A stretch of 64,000 nucleotides of DNA, from assembly GCA_016748015.1 (NCBI GenBank), contig JAAOMT010000414.1:152481-216480 (forward strand), in the 5' to 3' direction. This DNA is from Geosiphon pyriformis uo1 (Eukaryota; Fungi; Glomeromycota). Of this stretch, positions 52,501 to 64,000 are shown piece after piece (the first letter of the stretch is position 1; every line of letters begins with the position of its first letter). The notes under the pieces were generated by a model, which worked only from the letters and a program-made list of their open reading frames with translations, had not been told where the DNA came from and did not search any database. The translations under genes were made by a program, and so were the position numbers.

Positions 52501-55027
52501 CAAATTTCAATTCAGATGTCATCCAGAAATTAAAGGCTGAAAACAGCTCAACAAAACTGGAGATCGGCAATGGTTGTACATCAACCAATTCCCAGCTTTT
52601 TCAACTAGGCATTAGGATTACATTTATGAAATTTGGGAACTGAGTATATTCAAAACCCAAATTTCCAAAACTACTTAAGTCTCCTGGTTATCCTAGAAGA
52701 CACCCAAACCAACAACTTGAAGCCTAATTAATAGCAACCACTTACCAACAATATTCTATCAGCAACTGTTATGAAAGACAAATCTTTTGCAGCAATTTTT
52801 CTCTTTGAAATAGAAGAATTAACTATCATGCCATTATTCAGTAGAGCCACTCCGGATACAAAATCTATTACAGCAATGTATACAGATGCCAAAGTTAATG
52901 GCCATTCTATCAAACTAATCCTTAATAGTAATTTAGCAGACAGCATTATCACATAACAACTTATGAATCAATTAGGTTGCTGAGTTGATCACACTGTCAA
53001 TGTCCAAATCATCACTACTAATGGAGCCACAAAAACTTCTATTGGTAAAATAGACAACTTTCTTTTTGAAGTTAATAACATTACTATACTCATCAAAATT
53101 CTTGTAATAAAAACCACTCAGTACTAAGCTCTTATTGGTAATAACTGGTTGTCAAAAACCAATGCAGTATTAGATTGAAACACTCAGGAATTACAACTGA
53201 GCCAGAATGGCCAAAATACTTGAGTACCAACCACTTGCAATTATTTTAGGACCACCACCAATAAACAACCATTAATTAAGTTAGAAGAAAAAAAAATTCT
53301 ATTTGAAAAGCATTCCAAGTCTTATGGGCTGAAAAAGACCACAACAAGCTGCCACTAATTTTAACTTGGAAAAAAAAAGGAAAAAAAAAAAAAAAAAAGA
53401 GAGAAATAATTAGCACCAGCCACTACCTCTACTTATACATCATTGTTACAAATAAACTTGGTAAGATAAAGAAATGGTAATATTTGGTGCTCTCAATTAT
53501 TGGTAATGTGTGTTTCACATAGTTTTATTGACTTAGTTTTAATTATCAGTCTTTGAAAATCTTATTTACTGGTTGTAAATTTATCTGTTAAGTTCTTTGG
53601 TTATAAGACACAAAGGGTTGGCTTTCACTAATTGCAACTTCTTTAAAATGTGAGCTATCTTCTCTAAGCTAACAAGTACAGTCATTAGGGTCTGGTGGTG
53701 TCTTTTTGCTCTTCTGGTAAGCTATTAAGATAATGTTAATATTCAATTTTAGAGAGAGCTTCTCTTTTTTACCAGACTATTACAAAGTTTATTTTCAGAT
53801 AGTTAATTTTATTATGTTGTCACTCCATCAGAAAGAATAAAATAAAATAAAAGAAAATAAAATAAAATAAAATAAAATAAAAAAAATAAAAAAAAAATAA
53901 GAAATTAGTATTCTGTCAATAGCCATAATTAAGAGCTATTGGTCTAAGGTTGTTAAATATTAGATTTTATTAACATGGAGTATTAATAGTAATAAAAGTA
54001 ATTAATATTCTTAATCAAGTAATAATAACATGGATTTAATAATAATAAATAATTTTATTAATAGAGGAATAATTTTACTTTAAATCATAGAAAACTATCT
54101 TTTGAAGAAAAAATATTGTTGAATTTTTTAGGAATTCTTTGTTTTCTTACTGTCTTTCTAATTTCTACAATTACTTATTTTTATACATTTTTTTGTTTCA
54201 CAGAATTGTTTTTTAATTGCTTTGCTATTTCTGTTATTACTTTATTTTTCTATATTATTGCTAGTTATACTATGTTATAATATATTATTTTATGTTATTG
54301 CTAGTTATTTTATATTATAACACATTATCCTATGTTATTGCTAATTATCTTATGTTATAATATGTTATTTTATGTTATTGTGTGTTATCTTGTGTTTTTT
54401 TATGTTATCCTGTATTATTTCATGTTGTTATATTTTTGGTCACGTTTTTTTTATAATTTAATTTGTTTTTCTACTCAGGTAATATTACATACTACCATCC
54501 ATTAAACAACTTATCATTAACCCAAACTGATATGTGTTAATTGTGATAAAAAATTGTCCACAATAGGCATATGTTATGACAACAATAAGGAATAGCCAAC
54601 TGCAACAAAGTTTTATTGTCACTCATGTGTTTTTAAATGTTTTGAATAGCCAAAAAGACAAAGAAAATAGGACAATAAACCTTGTCTTGCATGTAAAACA
54701 ACTCTACCAGATAAAAGAATGTAAAATAACATTCATGAACAAGAAAAAACATGTAACGAAACATGTCAATACATAATTTTCATAAATAACTGAGTGAAAA
54801 AAGGGACCCTAATTGATGATGTCTGGAAATAAGCACTCAGACATTTAGAAGATTACCTACATGACAAGCATGAGATCTGGAGAATGACAAGTGCCAAAGT
54901 TGAAAGTGCTTTATCCAATGAATTACTAGAAATTAAAAACAATTCACTTTTTCTTCTTGAACCCAAATATATTCTTATTTTTGATATTTTCAATGACATT
55001 GAAGATGATTGAAAGCATTTCTATGAA
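49571..55027 (+). mobile_element. Copy H: 5' LTR (49571-50527), PBS, gag, PR, Cys-rich region; 3' part missing
   Basis: TGTTAC start within the gag of G, TGTAATA end, PBS tggtgctctttgtgaga, protease ORF 52771-52956; no matching 3' LTR in the window. Confidence 0.88.
53444..54484 (-). mobile_element. Solo LTR of a divergent related family, inserted in H
   Basis: TGTTACA...GGTAATA termini, TSD tcat/ttac (both consistent with TCAC plus one C>T), conserved caatagc...gctattg LTR core on the minus strand. Confidence 0.82.
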
Positions 55028-55816
55028 AGACAAAAAAAAGACTGCTTTTACAACCAGAGAAGAGAATTTTGAGTTTGATGTTATGCTATTCAGCTTAATC
55101 AATGTACCAGCCATTTTTCAATGACTTATAAAAATTGTTTATACTGGACTATTAAAAAAATCAGTAGTTGTTTATTTAGATGACACCAATGTATTTTTAA
55201 AAACATTTAATGATTATTTGTATTACTTACAGCAAGTGTTCAAGAGATTGAGATGAGCAGAGCTAAAACTAAATACTACTAAGTGTTTCTTTGGAAAAAC
55301 AAAACTGAAATTCTTGGAACATGTTATAAGCAAAAAAAACATTAAGATAGATCCAGACAAAATTGAAATTGTTAAGAACTTTCTAGTATTAACAAATCTC
55401 ATAGAATTAAGAACATTCTTGGGATTTACTGGATACTATTATTACTTTATCCAGAATTTCTTCAAACTGGCTCAACCATTTTACCAGCTCCAAGCCAAAA
55501 ACATAAAATATAAATAGACTGAAACCCAACAAAAAACTTTTGATATACTGAGAAAAAAATTTATTTAAGCTCTAATATTAATTTATTTAGAATACAGCAA
55601 GCCATTTATTATTACCACAGATACATCAAGCCAAGTATTGAGAGCTATACTATCTTAGAAAAGACCAGATGAAAGAAAACATCTAGTAGTATATGCCAGC
55701 CAAAATTTAAATCCAGCTGAAAGGAATTATAAAACACCAACACTAAAACACTTAGCTATTTATTGAGCAGTCATGAAATGGAAAGAGTATTTAAGCCAGA
55801 AATTCAATATATACAT

Positions 55817-57204
55817 TGTTACTGGAAGATTTCCACACTTTTTAATGCAAAAATTACAACATATACAATAGAAATTAACATTAAAATCATGCAAAAAAGA
55901 CCTATATTATCACACTTAATCAACAAAATTAGCCAGCAATCAATTCAATTACAACAAAGAAATATAACACAATTTAACAGTTTAACTAAGTTGGATACAA
56001 AAAAATCTTGGCAAACTAAGAAATACCAATAGAAATAGATAATGAATACATGTAATCTAATAACAACAGATTTTGTTATGCTTCATAATTTTCATATGCT
56101 CTTATTGAAACAATCTAACATTCCAGATCTGTGATCAATAATTAAAAGTAGTTACCAAGAAATATAATCAATTAATCTACTTCTAATTATGTTGATCATA
56201 ATCACAATTGGTATTATTAATTTACAATCAATGTTTTAGATCCAGCTATCTAAATTTGATCATCTAAAAATCACTAACTCTGAGAAAAATAACATGCTGA
56301 GTAAGCTTATTATGAATAGATTAAATTAAAATATATAAATAATTGATGTATCTTAAATAGTCTTAATATAGTATGTAAATCTAATATAATTTAGCTATAT
56401 ATATAGCCTTTCTGTTAGCTCAGAAAAGCATCAGTTAAATATTAAGCCAACTTTTCACTATAGTTTTATAGTAAGCAGTTAGTTCTTTTTTTTATCTTTT
56501 ACTCTTTTTTTCTTTCTTCTTATGCTCTAAATACTTGTTATCACAATCTTAGGTATGCTTTTACATATTTCTTATCACTATTTGGAATCATGTTGTTTAT
56601 AATCTTTTATTTACTTGTTATTACTATTTCAAGTTGTTCTATTACTTTTAATCTTTTAAAATTATGTATTATTACTATTTTATATTAAGTTTTGTTTTAT
56701 TAAACAAGTTGTTAAATACTAAAATAAGTAATAAAATATCCTGTTATTAGAGAATAGTCTCAACAATAAAAAATTTAATCAAAATCTATTTCAGTTATGT
56801 TTTACTTTTACAATTCTTTTATAATTCTTATAACTTTGTTTTCAAAACAGACATTTAAATATTATATCCTTTTGATAACTAATTGAAAAAATTCTGGTTA
56901 CATATTTTTTAGAATAGTTGGTTCCACTTCTGTTGTTAGTTGTGCTTCTGAAACATACAAAGAGATGTGACTTTTCTTTTTCCTTTCAAATACTTAAGAC
57001 TGGTTCTTACCCAAAAACAAATAATAATAACAATACTTTTTTTTACTTTTAATGACTTTATTACATATCTCTTTTTGCTTTTTTGCTTACTAAAATAGTT
57101 CATACACCCATAATATACTATAGTTGATAGCATAATCATAGTAATATGTATTACTAGTTGAGCTAAGAAATGTTTTCAAATATTGACAAAAACCACTGGT
57201 AATA
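55817..57204 (+). mobile_element. Solo LTR (1.39 kb) of another family, inserted in the RNase H YTDH motif
   Basis: TGTTAC...GGTAATA termini, TSD acat/acac; host IYTDH restored on removal; TATA-like tatatatatagc ~56396. Confidence 0.78.
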
Positions 57205-60200
57205 ACACAGATCACAAAAGATTGACATCAATCCAGAAGCAAAAATTTGGAGATAATCATTATGCCAGATAGAAAATAGAACTTTTATTATACAAATATA
57301 TAGTATATTATAAAAAGGGAAAAAAAAATAGAAATGCCAACAGATTGTTGTGAATGAAATAAATTTAAGAACATTTCAATTCAAAAATATAACAAAAAAT
57401 GAACACACAAAAATATCAACAACTCTAATACTATATTAATATTCAGCAGTTTAAGAAGAAATTATCTCAAAAAAAACAAAACAACATAAAACAACAATCA
57501 AAATATTTTATTACTTACCAAAATATACTATATTGGAAAAACAAAAAAAAATCCAGATCTATTATTCAGAGTAATTACAGAACCAGAGAAAGAAACAATA
57601 CTATACAACATGCATTTAAATTTAATAGCAGAATATTTTTATAAAGAAACAATCATAAAAAGAACCAGAAAGAAATATTATTGGCCATCAATGTATTCAG
57701 ACATCATTTAATATGTTCAAAATTGTAATGCTTGTCAGAGAAGAGGAGGAACAAGACCCAGTAAACCATTAAGACTAATCAAAGTGGGACAACCATTTGA
57801 TAGAATTCGAATTGACTTAGTCAGACTATTAACAGTAATTAGCAAAGACAATTATTATATAGCAGTAGCCATGAAATATCTTACAAAATGGCCAGAGGGA
57901 AAAGCAATTCAAAAAACAGATATAGAATTTGTAGCCAAATTTGTTTATTAAGACTTAATTTGTTGACACAGATGCCCAAAAAAATTATTATCAGATCAAG
58001 GAATGCACTTTGTAAACAGAATATTAACAGAATTAAGCCAAAAATTTGGAATTAAAAAACTATTATTATTACTATATTATTCATAAACAAATAGTTTAGT
58101 GGAAAAGTTCAACAAAATATTGTGTGAAACAATTGCCAAAATCAGTCAAAAAAACCAGAATAAATAGAATTTGTTTATACCATTAGTATTATTTACTTAT
58201 TAAACAATAAAACAAGATATCATATAAGCAATACCATTTGAATTTGTTTATGATAGAACAGCAATATTATTAATTAAAATAAAAGTCAATACTTATCCAA
58301 CTGAATCAATAACAAAAACCAACTTTTAAAAAATATTGCTAAGAAAAACATATGAATTAATAAAAACATTGGAAAACAAAAGACAAAAAGCAGCTAATAA
58401 TATTTAAAGATCACAAAAAAAACAAAAAAAATAACATAATAACCAATTACCAAATAAACCAGTTGAATTCAGGATTGGAGACAAAGTACTTTTACATCAT
58501 ACCAAAATGGAAAAACAATGGAGTAGAAAATTTAATTCCAAATAGGATAGACTATTTTACATAGAAAAAATTCTAGGAAATAAAGCTTATAAATTAAGAT
58601 GGGACAACAAAATTTTAGCCAAAACAGCACATGAAGATCGACTAAAACTATATTATAATACAGTATTATCATCCACTAGTAATATTCCACAACTGGGAGT
58701 ACAACAAATACTAGTTTGACCAGATAAAATTCCATAAGATTTAGAATTAATTATAGTCATCAATACAAATATGTCAAACTGATCAACTAGAATAATATAT
58801 AAAGACATAGTATATATAACAAAAACAACAATAAAATGGAAATTACTGATGACATCTACTTACTCACACAACAACTATTCCAACTGATTTAACAACAAAA
58901 CATGAAAATTATAATCAACCAGCAAACTATTCAATACAAAAAAAAAACCAATACAAAGTGCACAGAAAACCAGAAAACACCATAAACAAGATAATAGCAA
59001 AAGTAAAATTGTCAGTAGAAATACCAGAAACAGTTGTATCATACTAGAAATTAACAATAGAAACTTAGAATTAGTAAATACAACAATTTTCAAGAAACTT
59101 TTATTATTATCACTTGGGACAAAACTTGAATATTCAAAACTTGTACACTAACAAAACAAAATAATTATTCAATACAACAATATTACAACAACTCAAACAA
59201 TTTTTGGGAAAGAACAATCTGTTTATATAGGTACAAGCAATATATTAGCTACACACAGGATTTCAAAATTAATCAGCAATACTATTTAACTCAGCAATAG
59301 ATACAGTTACTATTAACCAATTGAAAAAAATAACCAATACCCAATTTGAAAAATTACAGATTAAAATAACTTAAGTAATTCTTAAAAAAGAAGTTCAAGA
59401 GTTAATTAAAGAAGAAGAGTTAAAAGACATAGAAAATCTTGATAGAATTCAATATTAAAAGAAGAAAATAATATTACTTATAAAATATAGAAATTATATA
59501 TTAATACACAAATTAGCCAATCAAAATAAGACACAATAAAAGTAAAATTTCAGAATTCCTTTTAAAAAAATTGCAGAATTGTAGAATTATAAAATTCTAA
59601 TATGAAAAATTGCAGAATTTCAGAATTCCAGGATTTCTCTTAAGGAATTACGGAATTCCAGAAATTACAGGATTTCTGACTAGAGAATTGAGAAATTTAA
59701 GGAATTTTATATAATAAAATTTATGTATATATAGCAGTAGTATTAAAAGCAGAAAGAACAGAGTCCTTAGTTTTAAAACTTTTAGTTCCAATTTCCTCAT
59801 TTATTCCTTCTTGTGATAGTATTTTATGACTTAAAGTGGAAACATCAAATATCAATAAAAATACTTATTACTATTACAATCCATCTTTTTACTATTAATA
59901 ATTCATATTAATACTTGCCAATACTTAACTACACTGGACCAATAGCTCTTGATCACAGCTATTGATAAAATACTAACTCTTTCTTGTCTTGGCTTATTTT
60001 CTTTATTTTATTTTATTTATTTTATTTCTTTTGTTGTTATTTATTGATTGATTTAAGAAATTAAGCACTGATTAAATTAACATTAAAAATAGCCTGGTAA
60101 AAGACCCCAAAAAAAGGATAGCTTACCAGAAAGGCATAAATGTCAAAATAAACTAGTTTCCATACTAAAAACAGAAATTGAACAGAATTGCAATTTTGAA

Positions 60201-60361
60201 AGAATACTAAACAGTACTTAAATCTCTGTTTATTATACAAAAAACTCAACTAAAATCTTTAGATTACAAAAATCTTCAAATATTAACAACTAGTCTAGTT
60301 ATTGAGCACCAAGTTACAGGTTTGTTATTTATTTCACCCACACAAATAATCACCTATAATA

Positions 60362-60900
60362 CCAGATACAAGTAATTGCTACTGTTTTTTGAAGTTTTTG
60401 GTCTTTTTGAATATTTACAAAGTAGTAATAATAGTAATAATAAAAACAAAAAAGACTATTTTGTTAACTAATCTATTATTAAAAATTTTAGAGCTTTTAA
60501 AAGAAGTAAAAACAACATTAGAATTAATCTTAGTGTCTTTTAAAAAAATTTTTAACAGAAAAAGAACTATTAGCCAAAAATGAAAAAAATGTTTTAAAAG
60601 TTATTAAAAATAGCTTTTTATTATTAATATTTAAGAACATTATTAAGATGTTTTGCCTAATTGTTTCAATAACAGAAAAACTTTTTCTTGTTAAAACTTT
60701 ATTAGTTACCATAGGAAAAGTAATGTTTAAAACTTTTGTTTTCTTTGTTTTAGTTATGACCATAAAATTAGAAAAGAAAGAATTTATTTGCATTTATATT
60801 TTAATTAATTTAAATATAATATTCAAAAACTCAACTTTTAATTATATGGTTAATCTTCAAAAAAACTTTCAGTAAAAAAATAGTTCTTAAAGCATACAAG
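60362..60900 (-). mobile_element. LINE-ORF1-like element 2 (right, 5' part)
   Basis: Homologous to 45030-45450. Confidence 0.5.
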
Positions 60901-61068
60901 CTGTTTTAAGACAAAAAACCAACTTTTAATATTCTTATTTAAAAGCAATATATATAATTTTATTAAATAATTAGATAACTTTGAAGAATAGTTAATTGTT
61001 TGGCAATTTCATTTCATGTTTTAGCAAAGTTATTCTATTTACTTCATCTTAGCTTGTCTTTATTTCAG

Positions 61069-61275
61069 CCGTCCAAGATCAATCGATGAAATTAGCGCAC
61101 AAGAGCAGACTGTCGCTGTCTTGAAAAAAACTATCGAATCAAAAAATGTCAGTGGGAAATTTGGCAACCACTTCAAGTCTGAAATGTTTTGTTTAATGAC
61201 ACATTTTACATTTAGTTGCCTCATTTGTTGTTTTATGGGCCACCTGGAACTGGGAAAACGTCCACAATATTAGCA
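61069..61275 (+). CDS. RFC2: Replication factor C small subunit (yeast RFC2 / human RFC4), two internal exons 61069-61147 and 61216-61275; partial
   Basis: [26 protein letters not shown]|[20 protein letters not shown] with Walker A; GT-AG intron 61148-61215. Confidence 0.92.
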
Positions 61276-61294
61276 CTGTCTCTTATACACATCT
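61276..61294 (+). other. Nextera/Tn5 mosaic-end adapter CTGTCTCTTATACACATCT (assembly artefact)
   Basis: Exact 19-bp match; genes on both sides end at it. Confidence 0.97.
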
Positions 61295-62950
61295 GTCTTG
61301 AAAAAGTAAAAAGCTGTTTACAAAATTAGAAAATTGTTTTTTAACTTCATAACAAAATTATATTAAAATACTTACAATTTTTGAAAAAGACGATATAAAT
61401 AAACAATATCACGATCCAAATTATTATAATCAATTTTAATTTCATTAAGTGCTTTTCCAAGATCTTTTATGGATGTCTAAAAAGTAATATATATTTAATT
61501 ATATTCAATCATTTATTATAATTAATTTTTCAATTACTTACAACATTAAATGTTTTCAAGATTTTTGCAGCCGCTTCAGATATTGCTTTCTTTGGTTTAT
61601 AGTCTTTCATTTGTATTTCAAAATACGATGTTATTGAGTTGCCCAACGCTTTCAAAATAGTGCCATCATTGAGGTCAATGATTCCATAATCAAGTGATAT
61701 TTTGGTTTTTGGTTTTGTTTTCTGACATTTTTCATATACTTCCAAAAGTATGTGTTCAATGTTTACACCCTTGATTATCAAGTTGAACCTCCATGGTGCC
61801 CAATCCATTTCATAACTCCCGAGCAAAGGCTGAAGACTACTGAAACTGTTCTGGCTATCTAATAGCGGCTTGGTCTATTGTAAATAAATAATGTATGACT
61901 TTTTGGATTTATAACACTAAATATTAACCAAAAATATTAAAACAAACCTTCGAAATAACAAAAGGATTTTCCAAATCCTCTTCATCCTCCTTATCTTCTT
62001 CATCTTCTTCATATTCCTGATCCTATAATTATATAGAGTCTCAGTAACCTATGATTCAATCTTATCCCGAAACATCCCTTTTAAAGGCCAGAGGTTTGAA
62101 GCCACAATCGAAGAATTATTCTTCGATGACAACATTCCTCCTGTTTTAAAGGCCAAAGGTTTGAAGCCACAATCGAAGAATTTTTCTTCGATGACAACAT
62201 TCCTCCTCTTTTAAAGGCCAGAGGTTTGAAGCCACAATCGAAGAATTTTTCTTCGATGACAACATTCCCCTTTAAAGGCCAGAGTCCTGAAGCCACAATC
62301 GAAGAATTTTTCTTCGATGACAACATTCCTCCTCTTTAAAGACCAGAGGTTTGAAGCCACACTCGAAGAATTTTTCTTCGACAACATTCCTCCTCTTTAA
62401 AGGCCAGAGGTTTGAAGCCAAAATCGAAGAAGTTTTCTTCGATGACAACATTCCTTCTTTTAAAGGCCAGAGGTCTGAAGCCACAATCGAAGAATTTTCT
62501 TCGATGACAACATTCCCCTTTAAAGGCCAGAGTCCTGAAGCCACAATCGAAGAATTTTTCTTCGATGACAACATTCCTCCTCTTTAAAGACCAGAGGTTT
62601 GAAGCCACACTCGAAGAATTTTTCTTCGACAACATTCCTCCTCTTTAAAGGCCAGAGGTTTGAAGCCACAATCGAAGAAGTTTTCTTCGATGACAACATT
62701 CCTCTTTGAATTGCAATGTACTGATGATATACAGTACCTCAAGGTTTGCCAACATTTCCATAGCCTTTGTTTTTTTGATTTTTGATGCGCACTTGCTCCT
62801 TAAAAGAGTTTCCAGGGACTCTTTAATGTGTTCAGTAATGAGGGATTTGTCACCCAAAAGCTCCTCCTGATCCATACACCATTTTTCGAAATTTAAAAGG
62901 CTCCAGGTTAAGGGTGGGGTAACACTTGGATAATTGTTTTTTAATTTCAT
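61295..62950 (-). CDS. Spliced hypothetical protein gene, 3'-truncated at the adapter; exons 62950-62738, 62022-61948, 61874-61542, 61476-61376, 61313-61295
   Basis: All introns GT-AG and the exons join without stops (MKLKNN...ANLE|[10 protein letters not shown]...ISK|TKPLLD...FNV|TSIKDLG...); acidic second exon. Confidence 0.8.
62079..62708. repeat. Intronic minisatellite, 10 units of ~60-65 bp, each with a hairpin
   Basis: Unit tttaaaggccagaggtttgaagccacaATCGAAGAAtttTTCTTCGATgacaacattcctcctc. Confidence 0.95.
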
Positions 62951-63029
62951 TGCAAAGTCAGGAAGTCACCACAAAGGAAATTTTTTGGTTGGGTCAAGCG
63001 AATAAAAAGAGCAGAGGATGAAAACAATT

Positions 63030-63170
63030 GGAAGACGTGATGCGACGCGCAAAAAAATTCCCAGGATGTAATTGGTCAATATATTTGATGTTCCCAAGTG
63101 ACGTCACATCCGATTTTGTTGCATAGATTAAATATTTTTGCTACAAATGTGTAAAACGCGCGTGGTGATA
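63030..63170. promoter_or_regulatory. CpG-rich putative promoter with CRE palindrome GTGACGTCAC (63098-63107) and ACGCG (MCB-like) motifs
   Basis: 80-220 bp upstream of the ATG at 62950; motif match only. Confidence 0.45.
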
Positions 63171-63379
63171 TTAAGGGTAGCAAGAACAAGTTGTGCTTGT
63201 ATGTATTCCTCAAAATCATGAAGACCAATTACTCAAATTGCAATAAAGGGGAAGCTTTGTCAATATGTAAATTTTTAATTGTGAAAGCAATTTTTAATTA
63301 TCTACCATCACCTTCAAAATATGAAAGAATAAGTTCAGCGGTCGATTGTACAGTGATATCGCCTTTTAATTATTTATGA

Positions 63380-64000
63380 GAAAAAGATTTAAATTTTTTA
63401 TAAATATAGTTTAAGTGTATTCATAACTTACAATTTTATTTTAAAAAGAATAAGAAATCTAAAACATTTTTTGTTTTATTATAGTTATAGTCTAATTATT
63501 TTTTGTTTAATTGTAGTCATAGTTTAATTATAACTATAGCTTATAAATTTATTTCAAAAAGAACAAAAGTTTGAATTATTTTTTATTTAATTATAGTTAT
63601 AGCTTAATTATACAATTTTATCTTAAAGAAAATAAAAAATTTGAAGCATTTTTTTTAATTGTAGTTATAAAAAGTTTAACTCATTTTTTGTTTATATAAA
63701 AAGTTTAAACCATTTTTGTTTAATTTTATTTATTTAATTATATAATTTTACTTTAAAATCTAAATTATTTTTTTGTTTAATTATAATTATAGTTTACAAT
63801 TTTATTTTAAAAAAACAATAAATTTAATTATTTTTTATTTAATTATAACTATAATTTACAATATAAATACAATAAAAACTTAAAATAAAACTTCTTTTTC
63901 TCTTACATTTAAAATTCTCTAAAAAGCATTATTTTTTAAGATAGAAGTTTTTTCTTGTTATTTTTTTTCAACATTCTCTAAATAATAATCTTTTTATTGT
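63380..64000. repeat. AT-rich degenerate repeat (recurring ttttttgtttaattatagttatag / acaattttattttaaaa blocks)
   Basis: Several imperfect recurrences; no coding signal. Confidence 0.5.

Larger units (their letters stand above)
46504..60361 (+). mobile_element. Ty3/Gypsy copy G (family 1) with nested insertions and an internal deletion
   Basis: LTRs 46504-47420 and 59472-60361 are homologous; TSD CCAG on both sides; PBS 47423-47439; gag to 49570; RT from ~55030; IN ATG 57399. Confidence 0.93.

Noticed and set aside
61276-61294. Genuine Tn5/IS50 end or horizontal transfer
   Set aside because: It is the synthetic mosaic-end sequence, with no transposase or partner end
62081-62635. Several overlapping ORFs in the ORF track
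   Set aside because: They are translations of the minisatellite; unit lengths break frame
62079-62708. CRISPR-like array of palindromic repeats
   Set aside because: No unique spacers (whole units repeat), no cas genes, and it lies in a eukaryotic intron

Overview
Eukaryotic, very AT-rich and CpG-depleted DNA that looks fungal. From memory the repeat families resemble those of Glomeromycotina, e.g. Geosiphon pyriformis; this assignment is an inference only. About 61 kb (1-60.9 kb) is a nest of decayed Ty3/Gypsy LTR retrotransposons that I could resolve by LTR ends (TGTTAC...GTAACA), PBS, PPT and 4-bp target-site duplications (TSDs). The elements are A (1-8970, +), B remnant (8971-9750), C (9751-14203), an older integrase remnant (14204-15310), D (second family, 15599-23290), E (24470-44640, -) containing full-length F (28960-39268, -), and G (46504-60361, +) containing truncated H and two solo LTRs. 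D, E and G sit in LINE-ORF1-like elements. The main family has an unusual layout: long AUG-less Gag extension, capsid/CCHC, protease, Cys-rich module, dUTPase plus pseudo-dUTPase, RT-RNase H, stop, then a separately initiated integrase with a ~250-aa unknown C-terminal extension. Its tRNA PBS is flanked on both sides by self-complementary arms. All ten readable target sites have a central pyrimidine-purine step. The last 3 kb contain two exons of RFC2 and a spliced minus-strand gene with an intronic hairpin minisatellite. These two genes are joined by a Nextera/Tn5 adapter, which is an assembly chimera.
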